Notes: a model not told the origin generated them from the letters alone. DNA of 64,000 bases from Cladosporium halotolerans (GCF_011745625.1 NW_027191463.1:558001-622000), one strand, 5' to 3'; shown: positions 23,175 through 34,570, counted from the stretch's first letter. Made by a program: numbers and translations.

Positions 23175-26100
23175 ATGTCTTCACCACCTCCAGGCGGCCA
23201 GAGTCGCCGGCCCAGAGCGCCCACTATCACTATCGACACATCCGCCGTTGGGCGATCATCAGAGAACTTGGTACAGCCAGAGCAGGACCGCAGGCAAACC
23301 AGCGCCGAGGGATCATCTCCAATGCTACGACCGACCACCGGAAACTCAACACCCCCAGAGCTGCGCAAGAGCGGTAGCTTCGAAAGCCGAGAATCACGAC
23401 CGACCAGCCCACACAACATCTCCTCACCAACACAAGTCAGCCACCCTCAGAACTTCCTCGCGGTCCCCGTACAGCGGAAAAGAGGAGGCAGCGTCGACAC
23501 CGATGGAGGCGACACCGTTTCCACCACGGACACGACCTACGTCGGCACCGACCACCAGTCGCCGAAGGTCTTCGGCGCGGACGATGTGAAGCATGGAGCC
23601 GGCGACCACCCCGTACTGAGCGACAAGGAGGCGCTGAAGCCGGATCCTGGAACCGAGGCCGACTTTGAAAGAGAGAACAACCCGTTCGCGTTCGCGCCTG
23701 GACACATGACGAAGCTGCTGAATCCGAAGAGCTTGGGCGCATTTCATGCTATGGGTGGATTGACCGGACTCGAGAAGGGCTTGAGGTCGGATCGGAACAG
23801 TGGTCTCAGCGTGGACGAGGAAGAGCTGGACGGCCGCGTGACGTTCGAGGACGCCACTGCGGCCACGAGCCCAGCGGAGTCGGATAACACTAAGGTCGCG
23901 GCGCCGCCTAGGACAAACTCGCACGCGGGAGCCGGCACACAGCAGGGATCGTACCAGGATCGCAAGCGCATTTTCAACGATAACCGCTTGCCCGAACGCA
24001 AGGCGAAGAATATCTTCCAGCTTGCGTGGATGGCGTACAATGACAAGATTCTGATCTTGCTTACGGTTGCGGCGGCGATTGCGCTCGCTCTTGGTATCTA
24101 TCAAGCTGTCGGCCAGCCGCATCCTCCCGGAGAGCCCGGTGTCGAGTGGGTTGAGGGTGTCGCCATCATCGTCGCTATCGTCGTCGTTGTTTCGGTAGGC
24201 GCGCTCAATGACTGGCAGAAGGAACGGCAATTCGTCAAATTGAACAAGAAGAAGGACGCGAGAAACGTCCAGGTCATTCGCTCTGGAAAGGCTCAGGAAA
24301 TCAGCGTGCACGATCTTTTGGTTGGGGATCTCATGGTTATCGAGCCTGGTGACATCCTGCCGGTCGACGGCATTTACGTCACGGGCCACAGTGTCAAATG
24401 CGACGAATCGTCAGCGACCGGAGAATCCGATATTCTCAAGAAGGTCGGCGCAGACGAGGTTTACAGAGCGATGGAGAACAACGAGAATCTTAGGAAGATG
24501 GACCCGTTTATGATCTCCGGCGCCAAAGTCACCGAGGGTTTCGGCCGCATGATCGTCACGGCTACTGGTATTCATTCGTCCTACGGAAAAACCATGCTCG
24601 CCCTCCGCGAGGATAACGAGGCCACTCCACTGCAGATGAAGCTCAACAACCTCGCCGAGTACATCGCGAAGCTTGGTAGCGCTGCCGCTCTGCTCCTCTT
24701 CGTCGTGCTTCTCATCAAGTTCCTTGCGCAGCTGCCTGGGAACAACGACTCGCCTGCCGACAAGGGTCAGCGCTTCTTGGACATTCTTATCGTCGCTGTC
24801 ACTATCGTTGTTGTTGCCGTCCCCGAGGGTCTGCCGCTCGCGGTGACATTGGCTCTGGCTTTTGCCACGAAGCGAATGCTGAAGGACAACAACCTCGTTC
24901 GTGTGATGCGATCCTGTGAGACTATGGGCAATGCAACCTGTGTGTGTTCAGACAAGACTGGTACTCTTACGCAAAACGTCATGACGGTCGTGGCCGGCTC
25001 GATTGGGACTTCTAGTAGATTCAACAATCGCGCCGACACGCAGGTCGAGGCTGGAAAGGCTATTGACGAGCCCGAACAGGCACACGACGACGTCGATGAC
25101 GTGACTGCTCCCGAGTTCGTCAAGACTCTGTCGGAGGATACTGCCACCCTCTGGAAGGACGCGATCGCCATTAACTCGACTGCTTTCGAGGCCGAAGAGG
25201 AGGGCAAGATGGTCTACGTCGGCTCCAAGACGGAGACCGCCCTGCTCGGTTTTGCTCGTGACTTCCTCGGCATGGACAAGATCGCTATTGAGCGCAGCAA
25301 TGCCGAGATCGTGCAGCTGATTCCTTTTGATTCTGGACGCAAGTGCATGGGTGTCGTCGTCAAGCTTCCCACTGGTGGCTACCGCTTGCTCGTCAAGGGT
25401 GCCAGTGAGATCATGCTCAGGCACTGCAAGCACATCATCCGCGACCCGACCATGGGCAACGAGTCTACGCCGCTGTCTAGCCATAACAAGGAGATGCTCG
25501 AGCACCTCATCGACGCCTACGCCTCCAGGTCCCTCCGCACGATCGGCTTCATCCACCGCGATTTCGAGGCGTGGCCGCCTAAGGGAGCGCGCCGCGCCGA
25601 GGACGACCGGACCCAAGCCGTTTTCGAGGACGTCTGCAAGGACATGGTCTTCCTCGGGCTCGTCGGAATCCAGGACCCGCTGCGTCCCGGTGTCTCCGAG
25701 TCTGTCGCTGATTGTATCAAGGCCGGTGTCTTCCCTCGAATGGTCACGGGTGACAATATCAACACTGCGAAGGCTATTGCTAAGGAGTGCGGTATCTACA
25801 CTGCTGGTGGTCTTGCTCTCGAGGGTCCGGATTTCAGGAAGATGAGCAAGCATGAGCAGCGCGAGATCATCCCTAAGCTGCAGGTTCTCGCTCGTTCTTC
25901 TCCTGAGGATAAGCGAATTCTGGTTAGGCGTCTTAAGGAGATGGGAGAAACTGTTGCCGTCACTGGCGATGGTACCAACGATGCGCCTGCGCTTAAGGCC
26001 GCTGATGTTGGTTTCTCTATGAATATCGCCGGAACTGAAGTCGCCAAAGAGGCTTCTGATATTATTCTTATGGACGACAACTTCACGTCGATTGTCAAGG

Positions 26101-27479
26101 CGCTTATGTGGGGTCGCGCTGTCAACGATGCGGTCAGGAAGTTCTTGCAATTCCAGATCACGGTCAACATTACTGCCGTGTTGCTTGCGTTCATCACTGC
26201 CGTCGCTTCTGACCAGGAGGAGTCAGTTCTCACTGCCGTTCAACTGCTCTGGGTCAACCTGATCATGGATACCATGGCCGCCTTGGCTCTCGCGACTGAT
26301 CCACCGACTCGCAAGATCCTGGACCGCAAGCCTGATCCTAAGTCTGCACCGCTCATTTCTGTCACCATGTGGAAGATGATTCTCGGCCAAGCTATCTACC
26401 AGCTCGTTATCACTCTCGTTCTTAACTTTGCAGGCCCCAAGATCTTTCACTACGATGGCGAGGACGAGATGGAGCAGCTGCAGACCATGGTTTTCAACAC
26501 CTTCGTTTGGATGCAGATCTTCAACTCCCTCAACAACCGTCGTCTTGACAACAAGTTCAACATCTTCGAAGGCATCCAGCGTAACTGGTTCTTCGCGGGC
26601 ATCTTCCTCATCATGGTCGGCGGTCAAACCCTCATTATCTTCGTCGGTGGCCGCGCCTTCCAGGTCCGCAGGCAGTTCGGCGACCAGTGGGGCGTCGCCA
26701 TCGTCCTTGGCGCCATCTCCATTCCCATCGGTATCGTCATCCGCCTCATCCCCAACGAACTGGTCGTCAAGCTAGTCCCGCCCTTCATCAAGCGCTGGGT
26801 CAACAGGCCCAAGAAAGACGAGCTCATCGTCACCGACGAGGAGAACCCCTGGCAATTCAACCAAGGTCTCATGGACATCAAGGAGGAACTCGCCTGGCTC
26901 CGCAAATACAAGGGCGGCCGCCTGCGCTCCCTCCGCTTCGCCGTCTCCCACCCCAAGGAACTCCTCCTCGGCTCGCGCTCGCCCAGCCGCTCTCGCGCCT
27001 CCTCCGACGCCCCCGGTACACCCCACTTCGACGCTTCGCAAGAAGGCGACTCCGCCTCTCAACTCTCCCACTCCCCCGCCCCGCCCACCCCGGACTCCCG
27101 CCGCCGCCGCAACCGCTCCCGCTCCGGCTCAAACGTCGCTTTCGCCGGCGCCGCCATGGCCGGCATCGTCGCGGGCTCCATCGGCGGCTGGTCGCCCATC
27201 GAGCGCGGCCGCGGCGACAACGACAGCTTGCGCTTCGCTCGCGAGCGCTCGAAGAGCGATCTCAGTCGCGAGGTCAGGAGGTCTGCAGAGGTGCATCCGG
27301 AGACGCGCGAGGGCGATCCCGTCGTTGTTCGCGATCCGGTCGTGAGTGCTGCGGAGGAGGGCGCGATGCATCCGCCTAGTCAGGCGAATGAGACGACGCC
27401 GGCGTTTGGGCTGGGGCCGTTTGGGGATCAGCCGCCGTCGACGATGGGGGATGAGGGGAGGAAAGATGGGAAGGATTGA
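23175..27479 (+). CDS. PMC1: Vacuolar P2B-type Ca2+-ATPase, intronless
   Basis: DESSATGES, AVPEGLPLAVT, CSDKTGTLT, KGASE, TGDN, GDGTNDAPAL, QFQITVNITAV, WVNLIMDT. Confidence 0.96.
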   Translation: MSSPPPGGQSRRPRAPTITIDTSAVGRSSENLVQPEQDRRQTSAEGSSPMLRPTTGNSTPPELRKSGSFESRESRPTSPHNISSPTQVSHPQNFLAVPVQRKRGGSVDTDGGDTVSTTDTTYVGTDHQSPKVFGADDVKHGAGDHPVLSDKEALKPDPGTEADFERENNPFAFAPGHMTKLLNPKSLGAFHAMGGLTGLEKGLRSDRNSGLSVDEEELDGRVTFEDATAATSPAESDNTKVAAPPRTNSHAGAGTQQGSYQDRKRIFNDNRLPERKAKNIFQLAWMAYNDKILILLTVAAAIALALGIYQAVGQPHPPGEPGVEWVEGVAIIVAIVVVVSVGALNDWQKERQFVKLNKKKDARNVQVIRSGKAQEISVHDLLVGDLMVIEPGDILPVDGIYVTGHSVKCDESSATGESDILKKVGADEVYRAMENNENLRKMDPFMISGAKVTEGFGRMIVTATGIHSSYGKTMLALREDNEATPLQMKLNNLAEYIAKLGSAAALLLFVVLLIKFLAQLPGNNDSPADKGQRFLDILIVAVTIVVVAVPEGLPLAVTLALAFATKRMLKDNNLVRVMRSCETMGNATCVCSDKTGTLTQNVMTVVAGSIGTSSRFNNRADTQVEAGKAIDEPEQAHDDVDDVTAPEFVKTLSEDTATLWKDAIAINSTAFEAEEEGKMVYVGSKTETALLGFARDFLGMDKIAIERSNAEIVQLIPFDSGRKCMGVVVKLPTGGYRLLVKGASEIMLRHCKHIIRDPTMGNESTPLSSHNKEMLEHLIDAYASRSLRTIGFIHRDFEAWPPKGARRAEDDRTQAVFEDVCKDMVFLGLVGIQDPLRPGVSESVADCIKAGVFPRMVTGDNINTAKAIAKECGIYTAGGLALEGPDFRKMSKHEQREIIPKLQVLARSSPEDKRILVRRLKEMGETVAVTGDGTNDAPALKAADVGFSMNIAGTEVAKEASDIILMDDNFTSIVKALMWGRAVNDAVRKFLQFQITVNITAVLLAFITAVASDQEESVLTAVQLLWVNLIMDTMAALALATDPPTRKILDRKPDPKSAPLISVTMWKMILGQAIYQLVITLVLNFAGPKIFHYDGEDEMEQLQTMVFNTFVWMQIFNSLNNRRLDNKFNIFEGIQRNWFFAGIFLIMVGGQTLIIFVGGRAFQVRRQFGDQWGVAIVLGAISIPIGIVIRLIPNELVVKLVPPFIKRWVNRPKKDELIVTDEENPWQFNQGLMDIKEELAWLRKYKGGRLRSLRFAVSHPKELLLGSRSPSRSRASSDAPGTPHFDASQEGDSASQLSHSPAPPTPDSRRRRNRSRSGSNVAFAGAAMAGIVAGSIGGWSPIERGRGDNDSLRFARERSKSDLSREVRRSAEVHPETREGDPVVVRDPVVSAAEEGAMHPPSQANETTPAFGLGPFGDQPPSTMGDEGRKDGKD

Positions 27480-28086
27480 AGGGGCTGATTGACGCTGCTG
27501 TCGCGCTCTATCGATCACTTCGTTCAAATTGTAGGGAGGCGATGCTGGCCTCCCGACGTTCACTAGAACCACATTTCCTCATTTTGCGGCGCTTGTCGAA
27601 GTGCCGCAACCACATCATTGTTATTTTCCTTTTTCATTGCATTAGCGACCCCCGGCGTCTTTCTTTTTTTTCGGTTTATGGAAGGGCATATTACCAGACA
27701 GACAGACAAGCAGGCACACAGGGGATGGAGGAATCGGAAGGAAGGAAGAAACGCTCCCGGCAACGCAAACGCTATTCACAATCGCTTGCGTCGGGAAGGA
27801 GAAAATCGTTTTGAAGCGAAAAGGGATTCACAGGACGGGAAGGTGCGAGTTGGTGCTTTCTTTTCGATTCTGAACCTTCGGTTTGTAGATATCCTTTTTG
27901 TCTGGCATTGAAGGTCTTCGTTGACGTTCACTTTGCTTCCTTTCATCTGGCATTTTCAGTACCGCAACCATGGACATACATGCTGGCGTTTGCGCGCTAG
28001 TGATGCACCTGCTCGCTTAGGGGAGGCGATGCATGAGCTCTGTCTCGATCGGATCCTCTCACCTGATGCTTATAAGGTCCTTGCAG

Positions 28087-28190
28087 TCTCAGCCTTCTCG
28101 TTCAGCCTTCTCTCTCAGCCTTCTATTAAGCCTTCTCTCAAAACCTCTTCCCTCAGCCTTCTCCTTCAGCTCTCTCCTTCAGCAATCTCT
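28087..28190 (+). repeat. Degenerate ~12-nt pyrimidine-rich tandem repeat (TCAGCCTTCTC-like)
   Basis: About 8 imperfect copies (tcagccttctcg, tcagccttctct, tcagccttctat, taagccttctct, ... tcagccttctcc) just 5' of the NLR ATG. Confidence 0.7.
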
Positions 28191-28273
28191 CTTCGCAACG
28201 ACAACAAACGATCGCAGTACAAGCGCCAGCTGAGAATAATACTACGCCTCCAGATCTTTCGATTCGCGAAGCT

Positions 28274-31200
28274 ATGGCGAGTCGCGCCGGGAATATATAC
28301 TCGAACATCTACATCTCGGGCAGCAGCCGAGTCCATCAGGGCAACGTGTACAACCAACATAGCCCTTCGCCCGATGAGAAGGCTTTTGGCTCTGTTATCG
28401 AGAGCCTCAGCTATGATGGGATGAACGATCGCAGAGATCGTCTCAACAGTGCCGAGCGAGGGACCTTTGATTGGGCGCTTGCCGAAGGAGATGTTGAAGT
28501 TGTCGCTCACCGTGACATAGTTTTTGGTCGAGCATACACTCAGACCACAAAGATCGATGTGAGCTTCACTCAATGGCTGGAAGGGGAAGCCGAGGGACTC
28601 TTCTGCTTCATGGGAAAGCCGGGCTCAGGAAAGTCCACGCTCATGTATGTGCAATTCCAACCACATTGCGATGCATTCTGCGCTTACCCGATTGCATGAT
28701 GTAGGAAGTACATCGCAACCAACCCAAAGGTCGACCAAGCTTTGGACTCATGGGCGAAAGGCAAACCTCCGATCCGTGCCGAACACTTCTTCTGGATCTT
28801 GGGAGGCCCCGTGCAGAAAAGCCGCGAAGGTCTTCTGAGACATCTTCTCCACTCCGCTTTGCTTTCATTACCACCATGTGCAGACGGCGAAGACTTGGAG
28901 CTGGCAAAACGCATATGCGGGACACGACGACTGTCGAGTAACTTTCAGCGCGCATGGACATACGATGAGCTGTTTGAAATGCTTTCCCGACTTACTGCCC
29001 TCCCTGATGCCAAATTCTTCTTCCTCATCGATGCTTTGGATGAATGCGAACCGCAAGATCGATTAGGAGAGCTCGCTGATGAAGTGATAAGAATCTCGCA
29101 GCTGCCAGATGTCAAGCTGTGCGTCTCCTGCCGGCCCTGGAGTGTGTTCGAACAGAGATTTAACGAGGCTCAGGTGCTCCACCTGGACCGACTGACGTAC
29201 ACGGATATGGAAATTTACATTCGAGGTCGTCTGACTAGTATCGGAGGCGACCACGAGCTCTGTTCGGAGATTCGAACCTTTCCTACGACAAAGAGGGCAA
29301 CTGAGTTCGTCATCAAAATCGCGCGGGCTGCTAAGGGCGTCTTTCTTTGGGTAGAACTTGCAGTCAAGGCTCTCGCCAGCGAGCTGCGTAAGAATACATG
29401 TGACGACTTCAAAGAGCTCGAAAGAGTTCTCGATGAATTTCCAGTGGGGCTTGATGAGTATTTTCAAAATCTGATCTTCGACCGAATCACGAAGACCCGA
29501 CGGAACGTTTCGGATACAGCGGCCGCTCTCATGCTTGCTTTGAAAATTGTGGAATCTACTCACCGTGAGCATGTGGCCTACGGTCTGCCCAGCCCACATT
29601 CGTTCCTCAACTTCTGGCTATTGAGTCGTGGATATCTTGAGCCTGGTCTATCTTGGACCAATCTCGAGAACAAGTGGTACTCTCCTGAGGATGCCAGACG
29701 GATGGTAAGACAAACAACAAACTTCCTCGAAGAAACCTGTAAAGATCTGTTGGTGGTAGTCCCAAACAGCGAGTCAGAGATCAAATGGGACGTCGACTTC
29801 TTCCACCGCACTGTGGCTGACTTTCTATTCGATGATCGCGTCAAACTCATTCTGGAGCAACAATCGCCGGATCATTTCAGCTACGAGCTTTTCCTCATAG
29901 ACCTAGGGAAGTTGCGCTGCATGTGTCTTTTTCGTAATGTAAGCGAGAGCTGTGACATTGCAGAAGATTGTTTGGTAAAAATCGTCGATTGGTCAAAAAC
30001 TGTTTCACGGCGCGATAAAGACTGGCTTCTATCGTGCGAGGCGCTGATGATAGAACGTCACCGAAAGTGGTGCGATTGTTTGGTGCATCTCACGGAGCTT
30101 CTGGAGCGACGTCTCGACGACTGTGCTGCTCTTGGATTGACCAAATACTTGCGGGAAATCATAGACACATGGCCTCATTTGGCCCTTCAAGTGTCCCTGT
30201 ATGACCTTCTCAGTGGATACCTTGCGTTTGCTACCACAGTGCCGCATGTCGCATGCCACAGTCAACTTTCGCTTCACGGCTTGCGGACGATCTCCAGCGC
30301 AAAGACAGGTATGCTGTCAGGTCGAGGAAAATCGGTTGATTTACAGGGTTTCCTCACTGCGTCTTTCAACGATCCATTCGCCCCTAAATCCGATAATTGC
30401 CACACTAGACTCCTCACTCGTCTCCTCGACTCTGGAGCAAATCCAAACCAGCAAATCACTGAGCCCGACTCCAACCTTGACCTATTAGTAGGGATTTGTG
30501 AGGCCTCGATGTGGCAAGCCTGGTTGGGTGCTGTGTACCGGGAACTTGAGCAACATGAAGCAGCAGACGCATGCAAGCAACCGAATGGGTCTCGGAGGCT
30601 CACGAGGGACATCAAGCGGGTAGTCAGCGATGCCGTTATCGTCCTTCTACGACACGGGGCAGATCCTCTTTGCACAATATGCGTATCGAATCACTACAAG
30701 GTGCCGAAGTGCCAGCTGGTGTCTTTAGAGAGCATTCTTGACTTCATCACACCGTGCGATATTTTGGAACGCGTACAGAGTTTGCGAATAATGCAGGCGC
30801 TACGTTTGGACCACCACGCCCAGCATCGCGAGTTGATCCTGAGAGCTATGAGAGCTTGGAAAATAACAGAACGGGAAGTGTACAGGCGCGGAGAAGACCT
30901 GCACGATTTGCCTCGAACTGAACTTGACCAATTCATCATGCAAGTCTTCACGAACGCAAAACATAGGTTTTGCAGCGCATGCAAAGAACTAAGTTCGTGG
31001 AGGGATTTTGCGATGGCTGCATGTCTCGACTGTGCCGGGCATTACCATCTGTGCAACCAATGCATGATGAGTAGCTATCCTGATGGTCTGGATCACGAGG
31101 GATTGAGCACACAGGTTGTTCATGGGGACAATCTATCGGAAGGGCCCCATACATATGTTTGCTTCGAGGCTCATTTCCACCGAGGAATGTTCGGGAATCG

Positions 31201-31297
31201 TTTGCAACTGGTGTCACACGGCGAGAGGAGCGTCACATCAGTGATGGAAGACTGGTATGCCCGGAATACAAATGATGCAGATGCCGCGCTCGACTAG
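28274..31297 (+). CDS. Fungal NLR (NACHT) with N-terminal HET-s-like amyloid motif, ankyrin-like remnants and a C-terminal ZZ-like zinc finger; 2 exons
   Basis: Intron 28645-28704 joins the two ORFs in frame (STLM|KYIA). AERGTFDW, Walker A GKPGSGKST, Walker B FFLIDALDEC, VKLCVSCRPW, AKGVFLWV, FFHRTVADFL. Confidence 0.9.
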
Positions 31298-31811
31298 CAG
31301 GAAACGCAACCCGCACATGAAGGCAACAGATTAACGGTCAAGTTCAGCTTCGAAAATAGGAGAAGCAGGTCCAAGCAGAAAAAGACGCTGGCCGCATGGA
31401 AGATCCAGATATGTAGTTTCCTGAGTGAGGTCCCTGAATGGCTGATCAGTAGCCTCGAAGTTTCACTGCCATTCGATCTATTTCAAGACGAATTGTCCTA
31501 TATTGTTACAGATACGGTGCATCTTGCCGCTCGATTCCCCATCCTGGCGGAACGAGGCCCACCAGTTCGAGCGTACAAGCACTACTTTGACGCCCAGTTC
31601 CAAGCGCTTAGGAAAACATTGCCTCAAAGGGCGCCCGCTGTCCCTTAGAATTTAGTCCCGACGTACTCGAACACAATAGTATAGCCACATCGAAGACTGC
31701 CAAGAGTTCTTCCTCCATCTAGTTATCTCGACGCTGACGCGGCTGAAACGGTCTGAGGATGCTTCGCGCCTCCAACAAGCGTAAGTTGACTCTTTCTCAT
31801 CCACAGACGCT

Positions 31812-32474
31812 TTAACCCAATCTTCTGGGCCTCGGGCTCCTGGTACCACCAATCTTGAGCCTCGTCGCATCGACGACTGCAGTGATCTTCTTCCTGATAA
31901 TCCTGCCCTCCGCGCCTAGCAGCGCCTTCGTCACCGCCTCCCTGCCCGCGCCGAACCCCCGAATCACCACCTCCAGGCCCTGGATGTCCCGCAGCATACC
32001 CTTCTCTTTCATCGTCTTGAGCGTGAACGCCGTCAGCTGGTATGCGGCGTCGTAGCTGCCGCGGCCCGCTTTGCGGAACCCAATGTTGCCCGCGGACAAG
32101 GACAGCAGCACGTCGACCATCTTCTTCTGCTCGGCGGCGCTGGCGTTGATGGAAGAGATGCCGGACGAGGGCGTTTGTGCGGCGGATTTGGGCGGTTGCA
32201 CGAGGGTCAGGTGCGTGTTGTGCTTCGTTGTCAGGACGTGCAGACGGTGCGATTTCTGATCCAGCCTGGCGTCAAGGTTCTCGCTCGCTCGGTCGTTGTA
32301 CAGTAATGACGTGGGGCTGTTAAGGATGTCTGTGATCTGGTTCAGGCTTCCGTCTTCGGCTTTCCTGCCGACTGATGTGCTGAAAGGACGCTGGAAGGTG
32401 GAGGGTTTGAGGCGTAGGCGGCATGATTGGCAGACGGAGGAGGCGAAGGAGCGCAGTGCGAATGTGGACGCCAT
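31812..32474 (-). CDS. MRPS18: Mitochondrial ribosomal protein uS11m
   Basis: Presequence; HNTHLTL, SAGNIGFRKAGRGSYDAAYQL, RGFGAGREA, DATRLKIGGTRSPRPRRLG. Confidence 0.92.
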   Translation of the reverse strand: MASTFALRSFASSVCQSCRLRLKPSTFQRPFSTSVGRKAEDGSLNQITDILNSPTSLLYNDRASENLDARLDQKSHRLHVLTTKHNTHLTLVQPPKSAAQTPSSGISSINASAAEQKKMVDVLLSLSAGNIGFRKAGRGSYDAAYQLTAFTLKTMKEKGMLRDIQGLEVVIRGFGAGREAVTKALLGAEGRIIRKKITAVVDATRLKIGGTRSPRPRRLG

Positions 32475-32842
32475 GGCGGGCGGATGGGTGATGATCGCGC
32501 AGTTGGGCGCGCGATGATGCAGCAGGTAGTTGTGTGTGTCCGCGAAATAATTGCCCCGTCGCCCTATCTGCGCCGCCGTGCTGGTTCGTAGAAAGTGAGC
32601 GTCGTCTTGAGTCGGCCGCGGACGTTCTCGGGGGTGCCTGCGGCCAGCCAAGGCCAGCCCGACTTTCGGGGACAAGCTTTCATCTTCTTCGCGGAGAGGC
32701 AAGTCAAGTCATCGACATTCAACTGCTGCCACGTTCGACCGCAAGGCGACGACAACTCCACACACAGCAACCCGAACATCTCACTTCCATCTCCGCCGCC
32801 GTCGCCGGCTGCTTCACACCCTGCACGCCGCTTCCGCATAGC

Positions 32843-34570
32843 ATGAGCACGACCCAGCTCCGCTCCCTCTCCGCGAGGGTAGGCGGCGGCGCTCCCCGGA
32901 GCCTGCAGCCCTCACAGCACACCCTCTCCTACGGCCGGACAGCGGCGTACAGGCGGGCGGCCTCGGGCCTCAGAGAGTACAGCGAGGCCTCGTTACGGCA
33001 ACGGCAGCATGGCTCTCCCATCAACCTCCCCGCGATTGCGCTGCGCTCACATTTCCTTCCGACGTCAATACAGCCCGCGTCCGTTGGCGCGGTGAGGCAT
33101 GTCTCATTCAAGGAGATGAGGGAGCAGCGCGCTCGCGAGAAGGCGGCCGCTGAAGGCAAGAAGGCCCCTGAGGCGGCTAAGGCGGAGCCCGAGCCTGAGC
33201 CGGAGGCCGCGAAGCAGTCTTCCGCTGCGGATGATGCTGCTGAAGCGGCGTTCGCTAAGGCGAAGGCCGAGAGCGAGGCACAGTGGGAGCGCGAGGAGAA
33301 GCAGAGGAAGAAGGCTGAGGAAGAGGAGGCCGCTGAAGGCGAGGAGGGCGAGGACAAGGAGAAGAAGGGCAAGAAGAAGGATGACGCCGCACCTCCGCCC
33401 CACGGCGACAAGACTCCCTGGCAAGTGTTCATGGAGACGCTGAACACCGAGTTCAAGTCCAGCAAGGAGTGGAACGAGGGCACCAAGGAGCTGTCCGGAA
33501 GCATCCACGACTTCCAGCAGAACCCCAACGTCCAGCGCGCGAAGTCTGCTTACACAAAAGCCGCTGAGACGGCTTCTTCCACTACCGGCAAGGTATTCCT
33601 GGGCACTGCAGGCGCTATTGGAAAGGGTGCTGCGTGGACTTGGGATACTAGCCTCATGAAGGGCGTGCGTTACGGCGCTGCCGCTGTTGGATCCGGCGTG
33701 GAGAAGGTCACACGGCCCGTTCGCCAGACCGAGGCTTACAAGAGTGTCAAGGAGACCATCGACGATGGTTCCTCGCAGCGCTATGGTGGCTGGACAGAAC
33801 GTGAGGAGCGCAGGAAGAAGCGTGAGGAGGACATCGCTCGTCGTGAGGCATCTGGTGAGCTCAAGAAGCCCGAGGTCTTCGAGGAGGACCCCAACGCCGG
33901 CACCAACGTCACCCTTCACAAAGACTCCGCCTGGAAGCAATCGTGGCAGAACTTCCGCGACTCTTCCCCGCTCATGCAGCGCGTCTTCGGCCTGAAGAGC
34001 GTCTACAACGAGTCCGAGAACCCCCTCATCAGCACCGCGCGCGGCATCTCCGACCGCGTCGCCAGCTTCTTCGCCGAGAACGAGACCGCCCAGGTCATCA
34101 AGAAGTTCCGCGAGATGGACCCCAGCTTCCAGCTCGAGCCCTTCCTCAACGAAATGCGCACCTACATCTTGCCCGAGGTCCTTGAGGCCTACGTCAAGGG
34201 CGACGTCGAGGTCCTCAAGACCTGGCTGTCCGCCGCCCAGTTCCAGGTCTACTCCGCCCTCATGCACCAGTACACCAGCGCCGGCCTGCAATCCGACGGC
34301 CGCATCCTTGACATTCGTAACGTCGACATTCTCTCCGCCCGCATGCTCGACCCCGGTGAGATTCCGGTTTTCGTCCTCATGTGCCGCACGCAGGAGGTGC
34401 ACGTCTACAAGAACAAGAAGACTGGCCAGCTCGCTGCCGGCATGGAGGACAAGGTCCAGCAGGTCACTTACGCCATTGGTGTGACCAGGATTCCTGAGGA
34501 TGTTGCCAACCCCGAGACTAGGGGCTGGAAGTTCATCGAGCTGCAGAAGAGTGCCAGGGACTACATGTAA
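32843..34570 (+). CDS. TIM44: Mitochondrial import translocase subunit Tim44
   Basis: Presequence; KTPWQVFMETL, YGGWTEREERR, ESENPLIS, YILPEVLEAYVKGD, CRTQEVHVY. Confidence 0.95.
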   Translation: MSTTQLRSLSARVGGGAPRSLQPSQHTLSYGRTAAYRRAASGLREYSEASLRQRQHGSPINLPAIALRSHFLPTSIQPASVGAVRHVSFKEMREQRAREKAAAEGKKAPEAAKAEPEPEPEAAKQSSAADDAAEAAFAKAKAESEAQWEREEKQRKKAEEEEAAEGEEGEDKEKKGKKKDDAAPPPHGDKTPWQVFMETLNTEFKSSKEWNEGTKELSGSIHDFQQNPNVQRAKSAYTKAAETASSTTGKVFLGTAGAIGKGAAWTWDTSLMKGVRYGAAAVGSGVEKVTRPVRQTEAYKSVKETIDDGSSQRYGGWTEREERRKKREEDIARREASGELKKPEVFEEDPNAGTNVTLHKDSAWKQSWQNFRDSSPLMQRVFGLKSVYNESENPLISTARGISDRVASFFAENETAQVIKKFREMDPSFQLEPFLNEMRTYILPEVLEAYVKGDVEVLKTWLSAAQFQVYSALMHQYTSAGLQSDGRILDIRNVDILSARMLDPGEIPVFVLMCRTQEVHVYKNKKTGQLAAGMEDKVQQVTYAIGVTRIPEDVANPETRGWKFIELQKSARDYM

